Shown here one piece after another: positions 46,469-57,059 of a DNA stretch of 64,000 nucleotides; positions within the stretch are counted from its first letter, which is position 1; each line of letters starts with the position of its first letter. The translations under genes and the position numbers were made by a program. The stretch covers positions 62,001 through 126,000 of IMG/VR virus record IMGVR_UViG_3300032240_001991; one strand, 5' to 3'. The notes beneath the pieces were generated by a model. It had not been told where the DNA came from. It was given only the letters and a program-made list of their open reading frames with translations, and did no database searches.

Positions 46469-46906
46469 ATGGAACAGATAGAAATTAAAACACTTGTTGA
46501 TATTACCAGACCAGAAGTTTATAGACCTGGACAAGGCTCATTATTAGAACAAAATCAATATAAAAATTGGATTACCCTACAGCAATGCATAGGACTAAGG
46601 TCTATTATTGAATTTGATACTCCTCCTGTTAGTGAAAAAATTGATATAAAAGGTATGGGATTTGGTAACAAGTACAAAGGGCATCACCAGGTATGGACTT
46701 TTATTTTTCGCCCGGATAGAACACTTGCTTACGACGATCAAAACGGCAACCCAATTGGACTGTTACTATCAGACATTGATCAAGTACCAATTATCCAAAA
46801 CTTAACCGAAACGATAAATATTTCTAAAGCGGTTTTTGACTTAGATAGCCCTCAATATAAAAATATTATTGTTAAGGTGCTAGATACAGTTGAAGACACC
46901 AACTAA
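46469..46906 (+). CDS. Conserved phage hypothetical protein
   Basis: IKTLVDIT..Q..NW.TL.Q.IGLRS; exact TATAAATA at 46437-46444. Confidence 0.8.
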   Translation: MEQIEIKTLVDITRPEVYRPGQGSLLEQNQYKNWITLQQCIGLRSIIEFDTPPVSEKIDIKGMGFGNKYKGHHQVWTFIFRPDRTLAYDDQNGNPIGLLLSDIDQVPIIQNLTETINISKAVFDLDSPQYKNIIVKVLDTVEDTN

Positions 46907-46921
46907 TGGAGATTCGATGCA

Positions 46922-47158
46922 ATGTCGGAGCCAACGGATATTGAAAAAACTAACCTAGAATCACATGTTGAACTATGTGCTCTACGTTACTCTGCACTTG
47001 ACGGTAGATTAAAGAACATCGAACAAAAAGTTGAAGATTTACAGTCTATCATAGAAAAAAGTCATATGAACACAATCAAAGTTTTAATTGGTACTGCTGG
47101 CACAGTAATAGCAGGTGTTCTTTCTACGCTAGTTGTTATTCTATCGCAACATAATTAA
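46922..47158 (+). CDS. Coiled-coil protein with a C-terminal TM helix
   Basis: LESHVELCALRY..L..RL..IE.K; TM LIGTAGTVIAGVLSTLVVIL. Confidence 0.75.
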   Translation: MSEPTDIEKTNLESHVELCALRYSALDGRLKNIEQKVEDLQSIIEKSHMNTIKVLIGTAGTVIAGVLSTLVVILSQHN

Positions 47159-47159
47159 T

Positions 47160-47381
47160 ATGAAAATACACCATATTTTAAATGGTATATCTATTATGAT
47201 TACTAACGAAGAAAGAGATTTTATCAAAAGATTCCAATCAGTAATACCTTTATCTAGCCTCAACGAACACGATGTATGGACTGCTCAAAATTTAGTTAGA
47301 AAGGGCGTGTATAAACTAACTAACGATAGTAAAAACATTGTTATTGTTAAAGGGTATGAAGATAAGCACAGAAACATATAA
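47160..47381 (+). CDS. Hypothetical protein (start refined)
   Basis: ATG at 47160 follows the preceding stop directly. Confidence 0.65.
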   Translation: MKIHHILNGISIMITNEERDFIKRFQSVIPLSSLNEHDVWTAQNLVRKGVYKLTNDSKNIVIVKGYEDKHRNI

Positions 47382-47820
47382 TCAGTTAATTGATCTTGTT
47401 CTTAAAACTAAAAAAGATTTTAAGTCAAGAGGAGTAGCCATACCTACCTTAAGTGAAAACGGCAGTGTTAAAATTGGTCGGTACACCGTTGGAAGAAATT
47501 CAACTGGTTATTTTATCCTAGACAATTATAAAGAAGTTGTGTTTAGTTCTATTAATTTGCCACAGACGGCATTAATAATTGCAAACTCTCTAGCCCTTAA
47601 TCAAGTTGTAAGTAGACATATTTTAGAGCAAGATGCACGCTGCGGTGACATTGAATTTGACGAGTTAAATTTTAATAGACTAACCGCTAGCTTAATCCGT
47701 AAAAAAGATACAGAGCGATATGAATCTCTATCGATCAAGCACAATGCTGCACAAGAAAAAGCTGAAAAAGCTAGAAGAGATATACTGCGTTTGTTTGGAA
47801 AACTACAACAACTTCGATAA
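47356..47820 (+). CDS. Hypothetical protein (start refined)
   Basis: AAGGG RBS before ATG 47356. Confidence 0.65.
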   Translation: MKISTETYNQLIDLVLKTKKDFKSRGVAIPTLSENGSVKIGRYTVGRNSTGYFILDNYKEVVFSSINLPQTALIIANSLALNQVVSRHILEQDARCGDIEFDELNFNRLTASLIRKKDTERYESLSIKHNAAQEKAEKARRDILRLFGKLQQLR

Positions 47821-47849
47821 ATAGTTTTAACATCTTTTAGGATCAACCT

Positions 47850-49394
47850 ATGAAACCAACAGAATTTAATAGCAAAATTACCAGTGAAAAACTTAATGAG
47901 AGCATGTTCAAAAAGTTTGGAACTAGAGTTAATTTTGAAAAATATACTCGCGAACAGTTAGAAGATGTTCGCAACAAATTAAGAACCAAAGTCAGTCAGA
48001 CTGAAAGTTCTTCAGGATTTAACGAACTACTATCCAGCGAAGGATATCAAAAAGACAAGTTCATGTTGAATCTACTTAATACACGTATTAAGGAAATGCT
48101 TGGCGAAAGCATGTTAGCCGAAAAGGCCAAAAGTAAAGCCCAACAGAAGTTTATGGGCATGGTCTATGCTGCTAAGAAAGGCGGGAAGCCTGCCAGTAAA
48201 GAAGTTGCTAAAGCCGCTAAAGGCATGAGTAAAAAGGCAGCAAAAGATTTTGCAAAAACTAAGCGCAAAGGATTACCTGATAAGGTAGGTGAGAGCTGGG
48301 ATAACCCAACCCCTGCAGAAAAACGCGCAACTGCTGATCGAAAGCAGGCACAGGCCGCAGTAAGACAAAAGATTGATCAGCAGACTCTAAGACCACGTCG
48401 CCCACAGCTAACTGGCTCAGAGGGAGAAGAGGAAAGAGTAGCAGCTCAACGAGCAGTTGCAAAAAAGATCTTTGATAAAGAGAGAGCTGACAGAGCCGCA
48501 GAAAGAGATGCACGCCGTCCTGCAGGAACCAAGCCAATCGGTAAAATTAAATTGCTAACCAGGGAAAATAATATGAAAACCAATGAAGCCAAAAAGGCCA
48601 AATCCGCTAAACCTGATTATATTGACATCGACGGTGATGGCAACACATCAGAGCCAATGAAAGCTGCTGCCAAGAGCATGCGTAAAAAGAAAACTAGCGG
48701 TGGTCCATTTGGCAAGTCTAAGACAGCTCCTGCTAAACCAAAGAAAGATACTGAAAATCCATTTGGTAAAGGTAAAGGTCCTAAGTCTCCAAAAGATAAT
48801 TCAAAGGGCAAGAATCCTTTTGCTAAAGGCAAAAAGAAAGCCGTTAAAGAAAGTTCAATACGTCAGAACTATGCTATGATCATTGAAGGCCTAAAGCGTT
48901 TCATCGCAGAAGACGAAGAAGGAAAGGCTAAAGACATTACTGCAGGTAGTGATATGGTTAATGACTTTACTAGCTGGATGCAGCGCGTTGGTCAGTATCA
49001 AACTAAGAGCATGATTGAATTAGCAGATAGTATTCGTTCAAACTTTGGCCAGGCCGAAGCAGAAAACTTTAAGAACACTGTTTCGCCTGCACTACAATCT
49101 GCACTAGAGTCACTAACCGCAGCTAGAGAAGTAGTTTCTAAAGCAGTTGCAGTTTTAGCTGGCGAAGAAAATACGGAAGTACCAATGGGACAGAGTCCAG
49201 AAGTTGGCCCAGAAGCTGAACCAAGTGATATTGATTCTATGAACTCAGAACTAGAACAAGACGAATTTGGTGCAAGCGATGCTGCTGTAGGCGGTGCTGA
49301 AACTGCTGGTCGTGAAACACGCGAGAGCAGAGAGTACAGCCGTTTAAAGAAAATAAACGAAGAGCACTCAATTATAAGAAAACTTGCAGGATGA
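47850..49394 (+). CDS. Probable prohead core/scaffold-type protein
   Basis: Highly charged, with repeated (L/I/V)xE sites (KLNES, MLGES, KVGES, VKESS, IIEG, IAED); late promoter. Confidence 0.55.
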   Translation: MKPTEFNSKITSEKLNESMFKKFGTRVNFEKYTREQLEDVRNKLRTKVSQTESSSGFNELLSSEGYQKDKFMLNLLNTRIKEMLGESMLAEKAKSKAQQKFMGMVYAAKKGGKPASKEVAKAAKGMSKKAAKDFAKTKRKGLPDKVGESWDNPTPAEKRATADRKQAQAAVRQKIDQQTLRPRRPQLTGSEGEEERVAAQRAVAKKIFDKERADRAAERDARRPAGTKPIGKIKLLTRENNMKTNEAKKAKSAKPDYIDIDGDGNTSEPMKAAAKSMRKKKTSGGPFGKSKTAPAKPKKDTENPFGKGKGPKSPKDNSKGKNPFAKGKKKAVKESSIRQNYAMIIEGLKRFIAEDEEGKAKDITAGSDMVNDFTSWMQRVGQYQTKSMIELADSIRSNFGQAEAENFKNTVSPALQSALESLTAAREVVSKAVAVLAGEENTEVPMGQSPEVGPEAEPSDIDSMNSELEQDEFGASDAAVGGAETAGRETRESREYSRLKKINEEHSIIRKLAG

Positions 49395-49621
49395 GATCTT
49401 TTAAAGAGATTTACGAGCAAATAACAGCGGCTAATCCCACAGCCGCTGTTCAGCCTCAAGCGCAAGCACCCGCAAATGCGGCGCCAGGCACGCCTAATCC
49501 TCAGCAGAGGCAACAGCAGCAGGCTCAAATTCGTAAACAGATACAGCAGAAGCAGCAAGAGATTGCAGAATTACAAAAGCAACTCACTACGTTAACAAGT
49601 TCACCGGCAGGCACAATATGA
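49391..49621 (+). CDS. Gln-rich small protein with a capsid-targeting-like N-terminus
   Basis: MRSFKEIYE; QQQQ coiled coil. Confidence 0.65.
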   Translation: MRSFKEIYEQITAANPTAAVQPQAQAPANAAPGTPNPQQRQQQQAQIRKQIQQKQQEIAELQKQLTTLTSSPAGTI

Positions 49622-49980
49622 GATTATATGAAGTTGCAGATAGTTTTGTTGACGACTTAGAAACATTACTAAGAAATCTTGTAGGTCGTGGCGACAGTAA
49701 GCATAGCTCCCAACAGTTAACCTATCCAGCACTTAGTAATCTTTTACAAAATATTGGGTACAGCGGAATTAATCAAGACGTACTTCAGAAAGTTTATGAT
49801 GATAACCCAGAATTACAAAATTTAATTGCAAATTTTGATGATCAAGGCATTACGTTAGGTACAAAGGTACAACCAGACCAGCCAGAAAAAACACAGTTTG
49901 ATATTCCATCTGGCGGTAAAAGTGTAGATAGAATGGCTAGTAATGCAGCTAAAGATTATATTAGTAAGAGAAGCAAATAA
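49618..49980 (+). CDS. Conserved phage hypothetical protein
   Basis: MRLYE...V..MA..AAK; 4-bp overlap. Confidence 0.75.
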   Translation: MRLYEVADSFVDDLETLLRNLVGRGDSKHSSQQLTYPALSNLLQNIGYSGINQDVLQKVYDDNPELQNLIANFDDQGITLGTKVQPDQPEKTQFDIPSGGKSVDRMASNAAKDYISKRSK

Positions 49981-50016
49981 TTTACATCGGCTGATATTTT
50001 TGTTATAATTAAGTTT

Positions 50017-50745
50017 ATGACAATAACAACTATAAACCCTCCCCCGTTTGTTGAAAAATTTCAGTATAAACAATGTAAGCAAATAAACGATCCCGTTACT
50101 CGAAAAAGAGTTTATCAAACTCCAGACGGCGAATGCTTGCCTAGTGTAACTACTATATTAAGTGCTACTAAAGACATGACACACCTGAACGCTTGGAAGA
50201 AGCGTGTAGGTGAAGAAAAGGCCCGTCAAATTACAACAGAAGCTGCAGGAGTAGGAACAGGCCTACACAGCAATCTTGAAAGATTTCTTTGTGGCTTACA
50301 GAGACAACCAGGAAATAATCCCGTACATGTTAAAGCTAACGCTATGGCAGATGTAATCATTGCAAATGGCCTTAGTAAAGTAAACGAAGTATGGGCAATG
50401 GAGCAGTCTTTATATTTCCCCGGATTATATTCAGGAACGACGGATTTAGTGGCAGTTTACGACAGAAATCCTTCAATTTGTGACTATAAACAGACAAATA
50501 AGCCTAAAAAAGCAGAGTGGGTCGAAGACTACTACATACAGCTAATTGCATATATTATGGCGCATAATGAAGTCTACGGAACTGATATCAAAGAAGGGCA
50601 CATTTTTATGGTCAGCCGTGGCAACGACAATATACTTATTGGTGGCGAAACATATCAACAATTTGATCTGTGGCCACAGGATTTTAACAAGTACCAAGAC
50701 ATGTGGCTTGCTAAAGTTGAAGAATACTATAATAAGACTGGTTGA
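50017..50745 (+). CDS. PD-(D/E)XK exonuclease (Cas4/RecB-like fold)
   Basis: PSVTTILS, GT.LH..LE, YSGTTDL, ICDYKQT, QL.AY. Confidence 0.88.
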   Translation: MTITTINPPPFVEKFQYKQCKQINDPVTRKRVYQTPDGECLPSVTTILSATKDMTHLNAWKKRVGEEKARQITTEAAGVGTGLHSNLERFLCGLQRQPGNNPVHVKANAMADVIIANGLSKVNEVWAMEQSLYFPGLYSGTTDLVAVYDRNPSICDYKQTNKPKKAEWVEDYYIQLIAYIMAHNEVYGTDIKEGHIFMVSRGNDNILIGGETYQQFDLWPQDFNKYQDMWLAKVEEYYNKTG

Positions 50746-50812
50746 TCGTGGAAGTTAGTAAATGGTAAACGTGTCTGGTACGATAAATAGAAGATAGAAG
50801 GAGATTATCAAA

Positions 50813-52489
50813 GTGGCAATCCTTGAGATAGCGAAAATTCAGATACGCCGAGGTCAAGAAAATGTAACAGGCGAACCTACACTTTCGCCAGGCGAATTTG
50901 GATGGGCAGAAGACACAGAGCATTTATGGATTGGCAAGAGCATTAGTGAAGGTGCTCTTGATAATAAAAATACAAGAATTCTAACTGAAAACGATCTTAA
51001 ATCTTTTGCTTCTTCATCCTCTTCAAGTACATTAGCTACTTCGCAATTATACATTGGTAATATTCCCGGATATTCTATTCCGGCCAATACATTTCCTGGA
51101 TCAACGTCAACTACTGTACAGAAAAAGCTAGACCTATTTGTTAGCGTTGTTGACTTTGGAGCCAAAAATGATCTCAGCGGAGATATGGGTGCATTAATAC
51201 AAGACGCTATTGATAACCTTTGGTTAAACTCTAGCTCTACAGGAAGTCTTAAAGAAAGTGTTCGAGTTGCTCTTAGAATTCCTGCAGGAGTATACAATAT
51301 TGCTAACTCTCTTTACCTTCCGCCATATGCTACATTAATAGGTGAAGGTAAAGGTAAAACAGTTTTAAATTTTACAGGAACAGGAGCAGGAACAAATCCA
51401 CTAGTAAGATTTGTTGGTGCTAGTTCTCCTCCTTCGCATGATTTGTTTAATCCTAGTGGTCCGTCTGCTATAGTTTCTAGCAGTCAGCCGCAGTACATTA
51501 ACCTATCTGGTATTACATTTAAGTATAGTACTACCACAAGTCTAACAAGTACTACTCCTCTAATCTATGCTGATTGCTCAATTGATTCAACTATAGAAGA
51601 TTGTGAATTCGTAGGTTCTTATAATGCTGGCACTGGCGCGTCTAGTAACTTATATTATACAGGAATTGAAATTAGAGGTGGCAACGGTAGTTCTCCTGCT
51701 AGAAATTTAACTATTGATAATTGCGTATTTAAAAATATGTATTACGGTGTTAGATCAACGTTTGACATTGAAAATACTGTTATACAAAATTCAACATTCA
51801 GCAACTTGTCGAGAGGCGTAGCGTTTTCAGAAACAGTAGCTTCGGTGGCTTCTATAGGTCCAGTTAGATCTCGTGTAGAAAATTGTAAGTTTACTGATAT
51901 TGAACGAGAAGGGTTCTATGTTGGAAATCCAAAAATTACTACAGCAACGAACCACGTTAGTGCTTTCAATGTTTATAAAAATGTAGGAAATAATTTACAA
52001 GGTGATACAAAACCAATAACACCTGTTGTAACGTTTGTTGCTCCAACAAATATATCAATTGGGGATACATTTTCAAGATATAACACATTAAACAGTGTAA
52101 GTTATACTGTTACTGCAACTGTTAATAGTTGGATGGTATCTGGTCCAACTTCAATTAATGACGGTGTTGTTTATTCATCTACAGTTACAACATCCGCTAC
52201 ACTAGCTAAAATTCCGTTTAATGGATCTGAACAGACGGTTAGAGTAGATTACAACCTACTCAAAGCTGCTTCTAATATTGCTAGAAAAGGACAATTGTTT
52301 ATTAACGCTTCTATACTAGGCGGCACTCCTACAGCTAATGTAACAGACAGTTACAGCTATACAGGAGCTAATGACGGTAATCTCAACTTTAGTGCAAGTT
52401 TAAATACCGTAACCAATAGTGTAGTTCTTGGTTATACCAGCAGCGACAGTATTGGAACTATTACATACAAATACAGTTTATTACAATAA
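50813..52489 (+). CDS. Virion protein: Mtd_N-like N-terminus plus pectate-lyase-3-like beta-helix
   Basis: KIQIRRG...L.PGEFGWAED...LWIG; VSVVDFGAKND...IQDAID...L.IPAGVY. Confidence 0.8.
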   Translation: MAILEIAKIQIRRGQENVTGEPTLSPGEFGWAEDTEHLWIGKSISEGALDNKNTRILTENDLKSFASSSSSSTLATSQLYIGNIPGYSIPANTFPGSTSTTVQKKLDLFVSVVDFGAKNDLSGDMGALIQDAIDNLWLNSSSTGSLKESVRVALRIPAGVYNIANSLYLPPYATLIGEGKGKTVLNFTGTGAGTNPLVRFVGASSPPSHDLFNPSGPSAIVSSSQPQYINLSGITFKYSTTTSLTSTTPLIYADCSIDSTIEDCEFVGSYNAGTGASSNLYYTGIEIRGGNGSSPARNLTIDNCVFKNMYYGVRSTFDIENTVIQNSTFSNLSRGVAFSETVASVASIGPVRSRVENCKFTDIEREGFYVGNPKITTATNHVSAFNVYKNVGNNLQGDTKPITPVVTFVAPTNISIGDTFSRYNTLNSVSYTVTATVNSWMVSGPTSINDGVVYSSTVTTSATLAKIPFNGSEQTVRVDYNLLKAASNIARKGQLFINASILGGTPTANVTDSYSYTGANDGNLNFSASLNTVTNSVVLGYTSSDSIGTITYKYSLLQ

Positions 52490-52496
52490 GGTTCTA

Positions 52497-52931
52497 ATGT
52501 TTCAAAAAACTCCTGACGATCGATTATCAGATTGGTCTCAGCTAAGAAAAGATCTAGATAGTGAGCCAGATCCTCTTAATTTGGTTTCTAAATTTTGGGC
52601 AAGTGCTCCGTTAATTGTGCATAATCACAAAATAGATCCTTATAATTTTAAAAGCTGGCCTACGCCTTGGGAAATCATTGTTGACAATAAGTATGACGAT
52701 TTTACCTTAGCTCTAATGATTGGATATACTCTAAAGTTATCTAATCGATTTAAAGATAGTGCAATACAGGTTAAAACAATGGTTGATTATTCCAAAACAA
52801 AACTGTATAATTTAGTTGTAATAAACGATAAAGATGTGCTTAATTATAGCCGCGATAGCGCAATAGAAGCAGATCAATTAGACGAAGAGTTATACCTAGA
52901 GAATATTGTTGACGTCATTTTTCCTAGGTAA
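52497..52931 (+). CDS. Conserved phage hypothetical protein (start refined to MFQK)
   Basis: RLSDWSQLR...WPTPWEII...ALMIGYTL. Confidence 0.75.
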   Translation: MFQKTPDDRLSDWSQLRKDLDSEPDPLNLVSKFWASAPLIVHNHKIDPYNFKSWPTPWEIIVDNKYDDFTLALMIGYTLKLSNRFKDSAIQVKTMVDYSKTKLYNLVVINDKDVLNYSRDSAIEADQLDEELYLENIVDVIFPR

Positions 52932-52979
52932 ATATCTTTCTTATACAATCGTAGAAAGATAATTTTAGAGCAGGGCAAG

Positions 52980-55298
52980 ATGAAGATACAAGTAACAAAA
53001 AGATCGGGGCTAAAAGAATCACTGACCGTTGAAAAATGGCAAGCGCAAATTGCAAAAATCTGCAAAGGCATTCCAGATGTTAGCCAGTCAATGATTGAAA
53101 TCAAAGCACAACCACATTTTTATGATGGGATTACTACAAGAGAGATTGACGAAATAACTTTACGTGCTATTGTTGATCTCATTGACGTTGAAGGTAATCC
53201 GGACATTGGCAATGTAAACTACCAGTATGTAGCAGGCAAGCAACGCCTTTCTATGTTAAGAAAGGATGTATACGGACAGTATCAGCCTCCTCATCTATAT
53301 GAAATTGTTAAGAAGAATGTAAGCGTTGGGTTATATACTCCAGACCTGCTTAAATGGTATACCGAAGAAGAATGGAACAAGATGGAGGAAATGATTGATC
53401 ATGAAAAAGATGAACAATACTCATACGCCGCCATTGAGCAAATGATTGAAAAGTATCTTGTAAAAAATCGTAGCACCAAGGCAATTTATGAAACACCGCA
53501 AATTCGTTACATGGTCGCAGCTGCCACAGTTTTTCATAAAGAAGAACCCCTGTCTGCAAGAATGCGATACGTTAAAGAGTATTATAATGCTGCTAGTGAT
53601 GGTTTGTTTACACTCGCTACTCCCGTTCTTGCTGGTTTGGGTACTCCTACTAAACAGTTCTCTTCCTGTGTTCTCATCCGATCCGATGACGACCTTGATT
53701 CCATATTTGCGTCCGGAGAAATGATGGCCAAGTACGCTAGTAAGCGTGCTGGTATTGGTCTTGAAATTGGTCGCCTTAGGCCATTAGGTAGTCCTATTCG
53801 TGGCGGAGAAATCATGCACACAGGCATGATTCCTTTTTTAAAGAAGTGGTTTGGTGATCTGCGCAGTTGCAGTCAAGGCGGTATTCGTAATGCTAGCGCA
53901 ACTGTATTCTATCCAATTTGGCATCATCAATTTGATGACCTCATCGTATTGAAGAATAATCAGGGTACTGAAGAAACTCGTGTACGACATATGGACTATG
54001 GTGTTGTACTTTCTGCTTTCTTTTGGCGTCGATTTAAGAACAAAGAAAATATAACTTTCTTTGATCCAAATGAAGTTCCAGATTTATACGAAGCTTTTTA
54101 CAAGAATACTGCAAAGTTTGAAGAGCTTTACGTCAAGTATGAAAAGCGAAAAGATTTACGTAAAAAGGTAATGAGCGCCGAGGAAGTGTTTAAGAGCGGT
54201 GTTCTAAAGGAACGTACAGACACTGGTCGAATTTATCTTGTATTCATTGATAACGTACAGAATCAAGGACCATTTGATCCAGAGTATCACACAATCTATC
54301 AAAGTAACCTTTGTTTAGAAATTCTTTTACCAACTAAGCCGTTTAAGCGTTTAGATGATCCTAACGGTCGTATTGCTTTATGCACATTAGGTTCAATCAA
54401 CTGGGGTGCGTTCCGTAATCCAGAAGACATGCGTCGTGCTTGTCGCATACTTCAGCGTAGCCTTTGCAATATTCTTGACTATCAAGATTTCTTAAGCATT
54501 CAAAGTCAATTAAGCAATAATGAAATTCAACCACTTGGTGTTGGTGTTACTAATCTTGCCTATTGGCATGCTAAGAGAAGTCTAAAGTATGGTGAGGCAG
54601 ATTCATTACAAGAAGTTAAATCTTGGATGGAACATCAGGCTTACTATCTAACTGAAGCAACAGTAGAACTAGCCAAAGAAAGAGGTAAGTGTCTCGACAG
54701 CGATAAGACTCGTTATGGTCAAGGTATCTTTCCTTGGGAGCTTCGCGCTAAAGGAGCAGACGAACTTGCCAATTTTACACCAGAATTAGACTGGGAGCCT
54801 TTGCGTGAACAAATGAAGACCTACGGTGTTCGTAATGCAACTCTAATGGCCATTGCGCCAGTAGAAAGTTCTAGTGTAGTAATTAATAGTACTAATGGTA
54901 TTGAAATGCCTATGAGTTTAATTACTGTAAAAGAAAGTAAAGCAGGATCGTTTACACAGGTTGTTCCTGAATATGCTAAACTTAAAAACAAGTATGAACT
55001 TATGTGGGATCAAAAAGATTGCACTGGTTACCTTAAAACTGCTGCTGTATTAGCTGCTTATGTGGACCAAAGCATCAGCACAAATACTTTTTATAATCCT
55101 GCACATTTTCTAGAACGTAAAGTACCTACTACTTTAATTGCTAAAAATCTTATGCAAGCACAGTTATGGGGATTGAAAACATTCTATTACAGCCTTATTA
55201 ACAAACAAGGTAGCAAAGCAGCTGAATCACCAGTTGACGCACCATTAGAAGCAATCAATTTTGATGAGGATTCTGATTGCGAAAGTTGCAAACTCTAG
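52980..55298 (+). CDS. nrdA: Ribonucleotide reductase class Ia, alpha subunit
   Basis: ATP-cone VTKRSG; TPVLAG, QFSSCVL, SCSQGGIR.AS, SNLCLEI, MAIAPVESSS, KTFYY, C-terminal CESCKL. Confidence 0.98.
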   Translation: MKIQVTKRSGLKESLTVEKWQAQIAKICKGIPDVSQSMIEIKAQPHFYDGITTREIDEITLRAIVDLIDVEGNPDIGNVNYQYVAGKQRLSMLRKDVYGQYQPPHLYEIVKKNVSVGLYTPDLLKWYTEEEWNKMEEMIDHEKDEQYSYAAIEQMIEKYLVKNRSTKAIYETPQIRYMVAAATVFHKEEPLSARMRYVKEYYNAASDGLFTLATPVLAGLGTPTKQFSSCVLIRSDDDLDSIFASGEMMAKYASKRAGIGLEIGRLRPLGSPIRGGEIMHTGMIPFLKKWFGDLRSCSQGGIRNASATVFYPIWHHQFDDLIVLKNNQGTEETRVRHMDYGVVLSAFFWRRFKNKENITFFDPNEVPDLYEAFYKNTAKFEELYVKYEKRKDLRKKVMSAEEVFKSGVLKERTDTGRIYLVFIDNVQNQGPFDPEYHTIYQSNLCLEILLPTKPFKRLDDPNGRIALCTLGSINWGAFRNPEDMRRACRILQRSLCNILDYQDFLSIQSQLSNNEIQPLGVGVTNLAYWHAKRSLKYGEADSLQEVKSWMEHQAYYLTEATVELAKERGKCLDSDKTRYGQGIFPWELRAKGADELANFTPELDWEPLREQMKTYGVRNATLMAIAPVESSSVVINSTNGIEMPMSLITVKESKAGSFTQVVPEYAKLKNKYELMWDQKDCTGYLKTAAVLAAYVDQSISTNTFYNPAHFLERKVPTTLIAKNLMQAQLWGLKTFYYSLINKQGSKAAESPVDAPLEAINFDEDSDCESCKL

Positions 55299-55310
55299 TA
55301 AAATAACATT

Positions 55311-56423
55311 ATGTCTAAACAACAATATAATTTAACAATTAAAACAGACTATTTGAATCGTAAGATGTTTCTAGATCCTGCGGGTCCAGTTACTATTCAG
55401 AGATTTGAAGAAGTCAAATATAAAAAAATCGCAGACTTTGAACAAACTGCAAGAGGTTTCTTTTGGGTACCAGAAGAAATTAGTTTAACCAAAGACGCGC
55501 AGGATTTTAAAGATGCTAGCGAAGCTATTCGCCACATCTTTACCAGTAATTTATTACGCCAGACCGCGTTGGATAGTTTGCAAGGTCGTGGGCCTAGTCA
55601 AATCTTTACACCGGTTGTTTCATTGCCCGAGTTAGAGGCTTTGGTCTATAACTGGACTTTCTTTGAGACAAACATTCACAGTCGTAGTTATAGTCATATT
55701 ATTCGTAATATCTATAATGTACCTAAAGATGTGTTTAATACTATTCATGATACACAACCAATTGTTAACATGGCCAGTAGTGTTGGCAAATATTATGATG
55801 ACTTGCATAGATTGAATTGTCTAAAAGAAATTGCTGACCCTACAAAAGAAACAGTATTAGAACCGGCACACATTAAAGCAATCTATCTAGCACTACACGC
55901 TAGCTATGCATTAGAAGCATTCCGTTTTATGGTATCTTTTGCTACTAGTCTTGCTATGGTAGAGAATAAAATCTTTATTGGTAACGGAAATATCATTAGT
56001 CTAATTCTTCAAGACGAAATTCTGCATAAAGGTTGGACTGCGTATATTATTAATCAAGTGGTTAAAGAAGACGCTCGATTTGCTAAGGCAGCTCAGGAAT
56101 GCCAAAACGAAGTTATTGAAATTTATAAAGATGTTATTCGTGAAGAAAAAGAATGGGCAGATTACTTGTTTATAAAAGGCCCAGTAATTGGGCTCAATGC
56201 TAACATCCTGCGAGACTTTGTTGACTACACTGCTGCTAGCGCACTTAAAGATATTGGAATTAAGTATTGGGATGTTTCTCCAAAGTCTACACCTATTCCT
56301 TGGTTTAACAAACATCAAGATACACATAAGAAGCAAACAGCATTACAGGAAAACGAATCAACAAATTATGTGATCGGAGTAATGTCTGATACATTAGACT
56401 ACGACGCATTGCCAACTTTATAA
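55311..56423 (+). CDS. nrdB: Ribonucleotide reductase class Ia, beta subunit
   Basis: FFWVPEEI, QTALDS, ETNIHSRSYSHI, EAFRF, QDEILH, ALQE.E..NY. Confidence 0.98.
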   Translation: MSKQQYNLTIKTDYLNRKMFLDPAGPVTIQRFEEVKYKKIADFEQTARGFFWVPEEISLTKDAQDFKDASEAIRHIFTSNLLRQTALDSLQGRGPSQIFTPVVSLPELEALVYNWTFFETNIHSRSYSHIIRNIYNVPKDVFNTIHDTQPIVNMASSVGKYYDDLHRLNCLKEIADPTKETVLEPAHIKAIYLALHASYALEAFRFMVSFATSLAMVENKIFIGNGNIISLILQDEILHKGWTAYIINQVVKEDARFAKAAQECQNEVIEIYKDVIREEKEWADYLFIKGPVIGLNANILRDFVDYTAASALKDIGIKYWDVSPKSTPIPWFNKHQDTHKKQTALQENESTNYVIGVMSDTLDYDALPTL

Positions 56424-56437
56424 TTTTAGGAGTAATA

Positions 56438-56662
56438 ATGGACATAGTAATTTGGAGTAAGGATAGTTGCACGTATTGTGAGAAGGCTAAGGCACTTCTT
56501 AAATCTAAAAATATTTCTTACGAAGAGCGTAATATAGATCATAGTTGGTCTAAGGAACAGTTGCTTGAAGCAGTACCAAATGCTCGTTCTGTCCCTCAGA
56601 TTTTTATCAACGGAGAATTAATTGGTGGATTCACAGAACTTTCAAAATATCTCATCGGATAA
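56438..56662 (+). CDS. Glutaredoxin
   Basis: CTYC active site; SVPQIFINGELIGGF. Confidence 0.95.
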   Translation: MDIVIWSKDSCTYCEKAKALLKSKNISYEERNIDHSWSKEQLLEAVPNARSVPQIFINGELIGGFTELSKYLIG

Positions 56663-57059
56663 TGAAATAGATCTATTTTACTCTACCAATATGCCTAACG
56701 TTACAATTCAGACCTGGGGCGGCGGGGGTAGTGGAGGTAGCACTACGATAACTACTACAGGCGGCACTTTGGGAGCAAGTGGTCCTCAAGGAGGAACATG
56801 GTCAAACCAAAGTTTTTATTATAATATTCCGCCTCCACCGTTAACTGTTTCTGGTAATACTGCAGAATTTAACGGCAAGGTAACACTTAACGGAAAGGAT
56901 TTATCAGAGGCTCTCGAAAATATTGAGAAACGTTTAGCTATTCTCACACCAAATCCTAAAAAATTAGAAAAGTTTGCGGCTTTGCAAAAAGCCTACGAAA
57001 ACTACAAGACGCTAGAAGCACTTTGTCAGATTGACGAGGATGAAAATGAAAAATCCTGA
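56622..57059 (+). CDS. Hypothetical protein (start uncertain)
   Basis: Gly/Thr-rich N-terminal part and IEKRLAIL.PN...LEKF..L..AYE.YK. Confidence 0.7.
   Translation: MVDSQNFQNISSDNEIDLFYSTNMPNVTIQTWGGGGSGGSTTITTTGGTLGASGPQGGTWSNQSFYYNIPPPPLTVSGNTAEFNGKVTLNGKDLSEALENIEKRLAILTPNPKKLEKFAALQKAYENYKTLEALCQIDEDENEKS

Noticed and set aside
50017-50745. Cas4 as evidence of a CRISPR system
   Set aside because: A stand-alone PD-(D/E)XK phage exonuclease with no array, no other cas genes and no four-Cys Fe-S motif
52980-56423. Introns or inteins in nrdA/nrdB
   Set aside because: Lengths of 772 and 370 aa are normal for class Ia, and all motifs are contiguous
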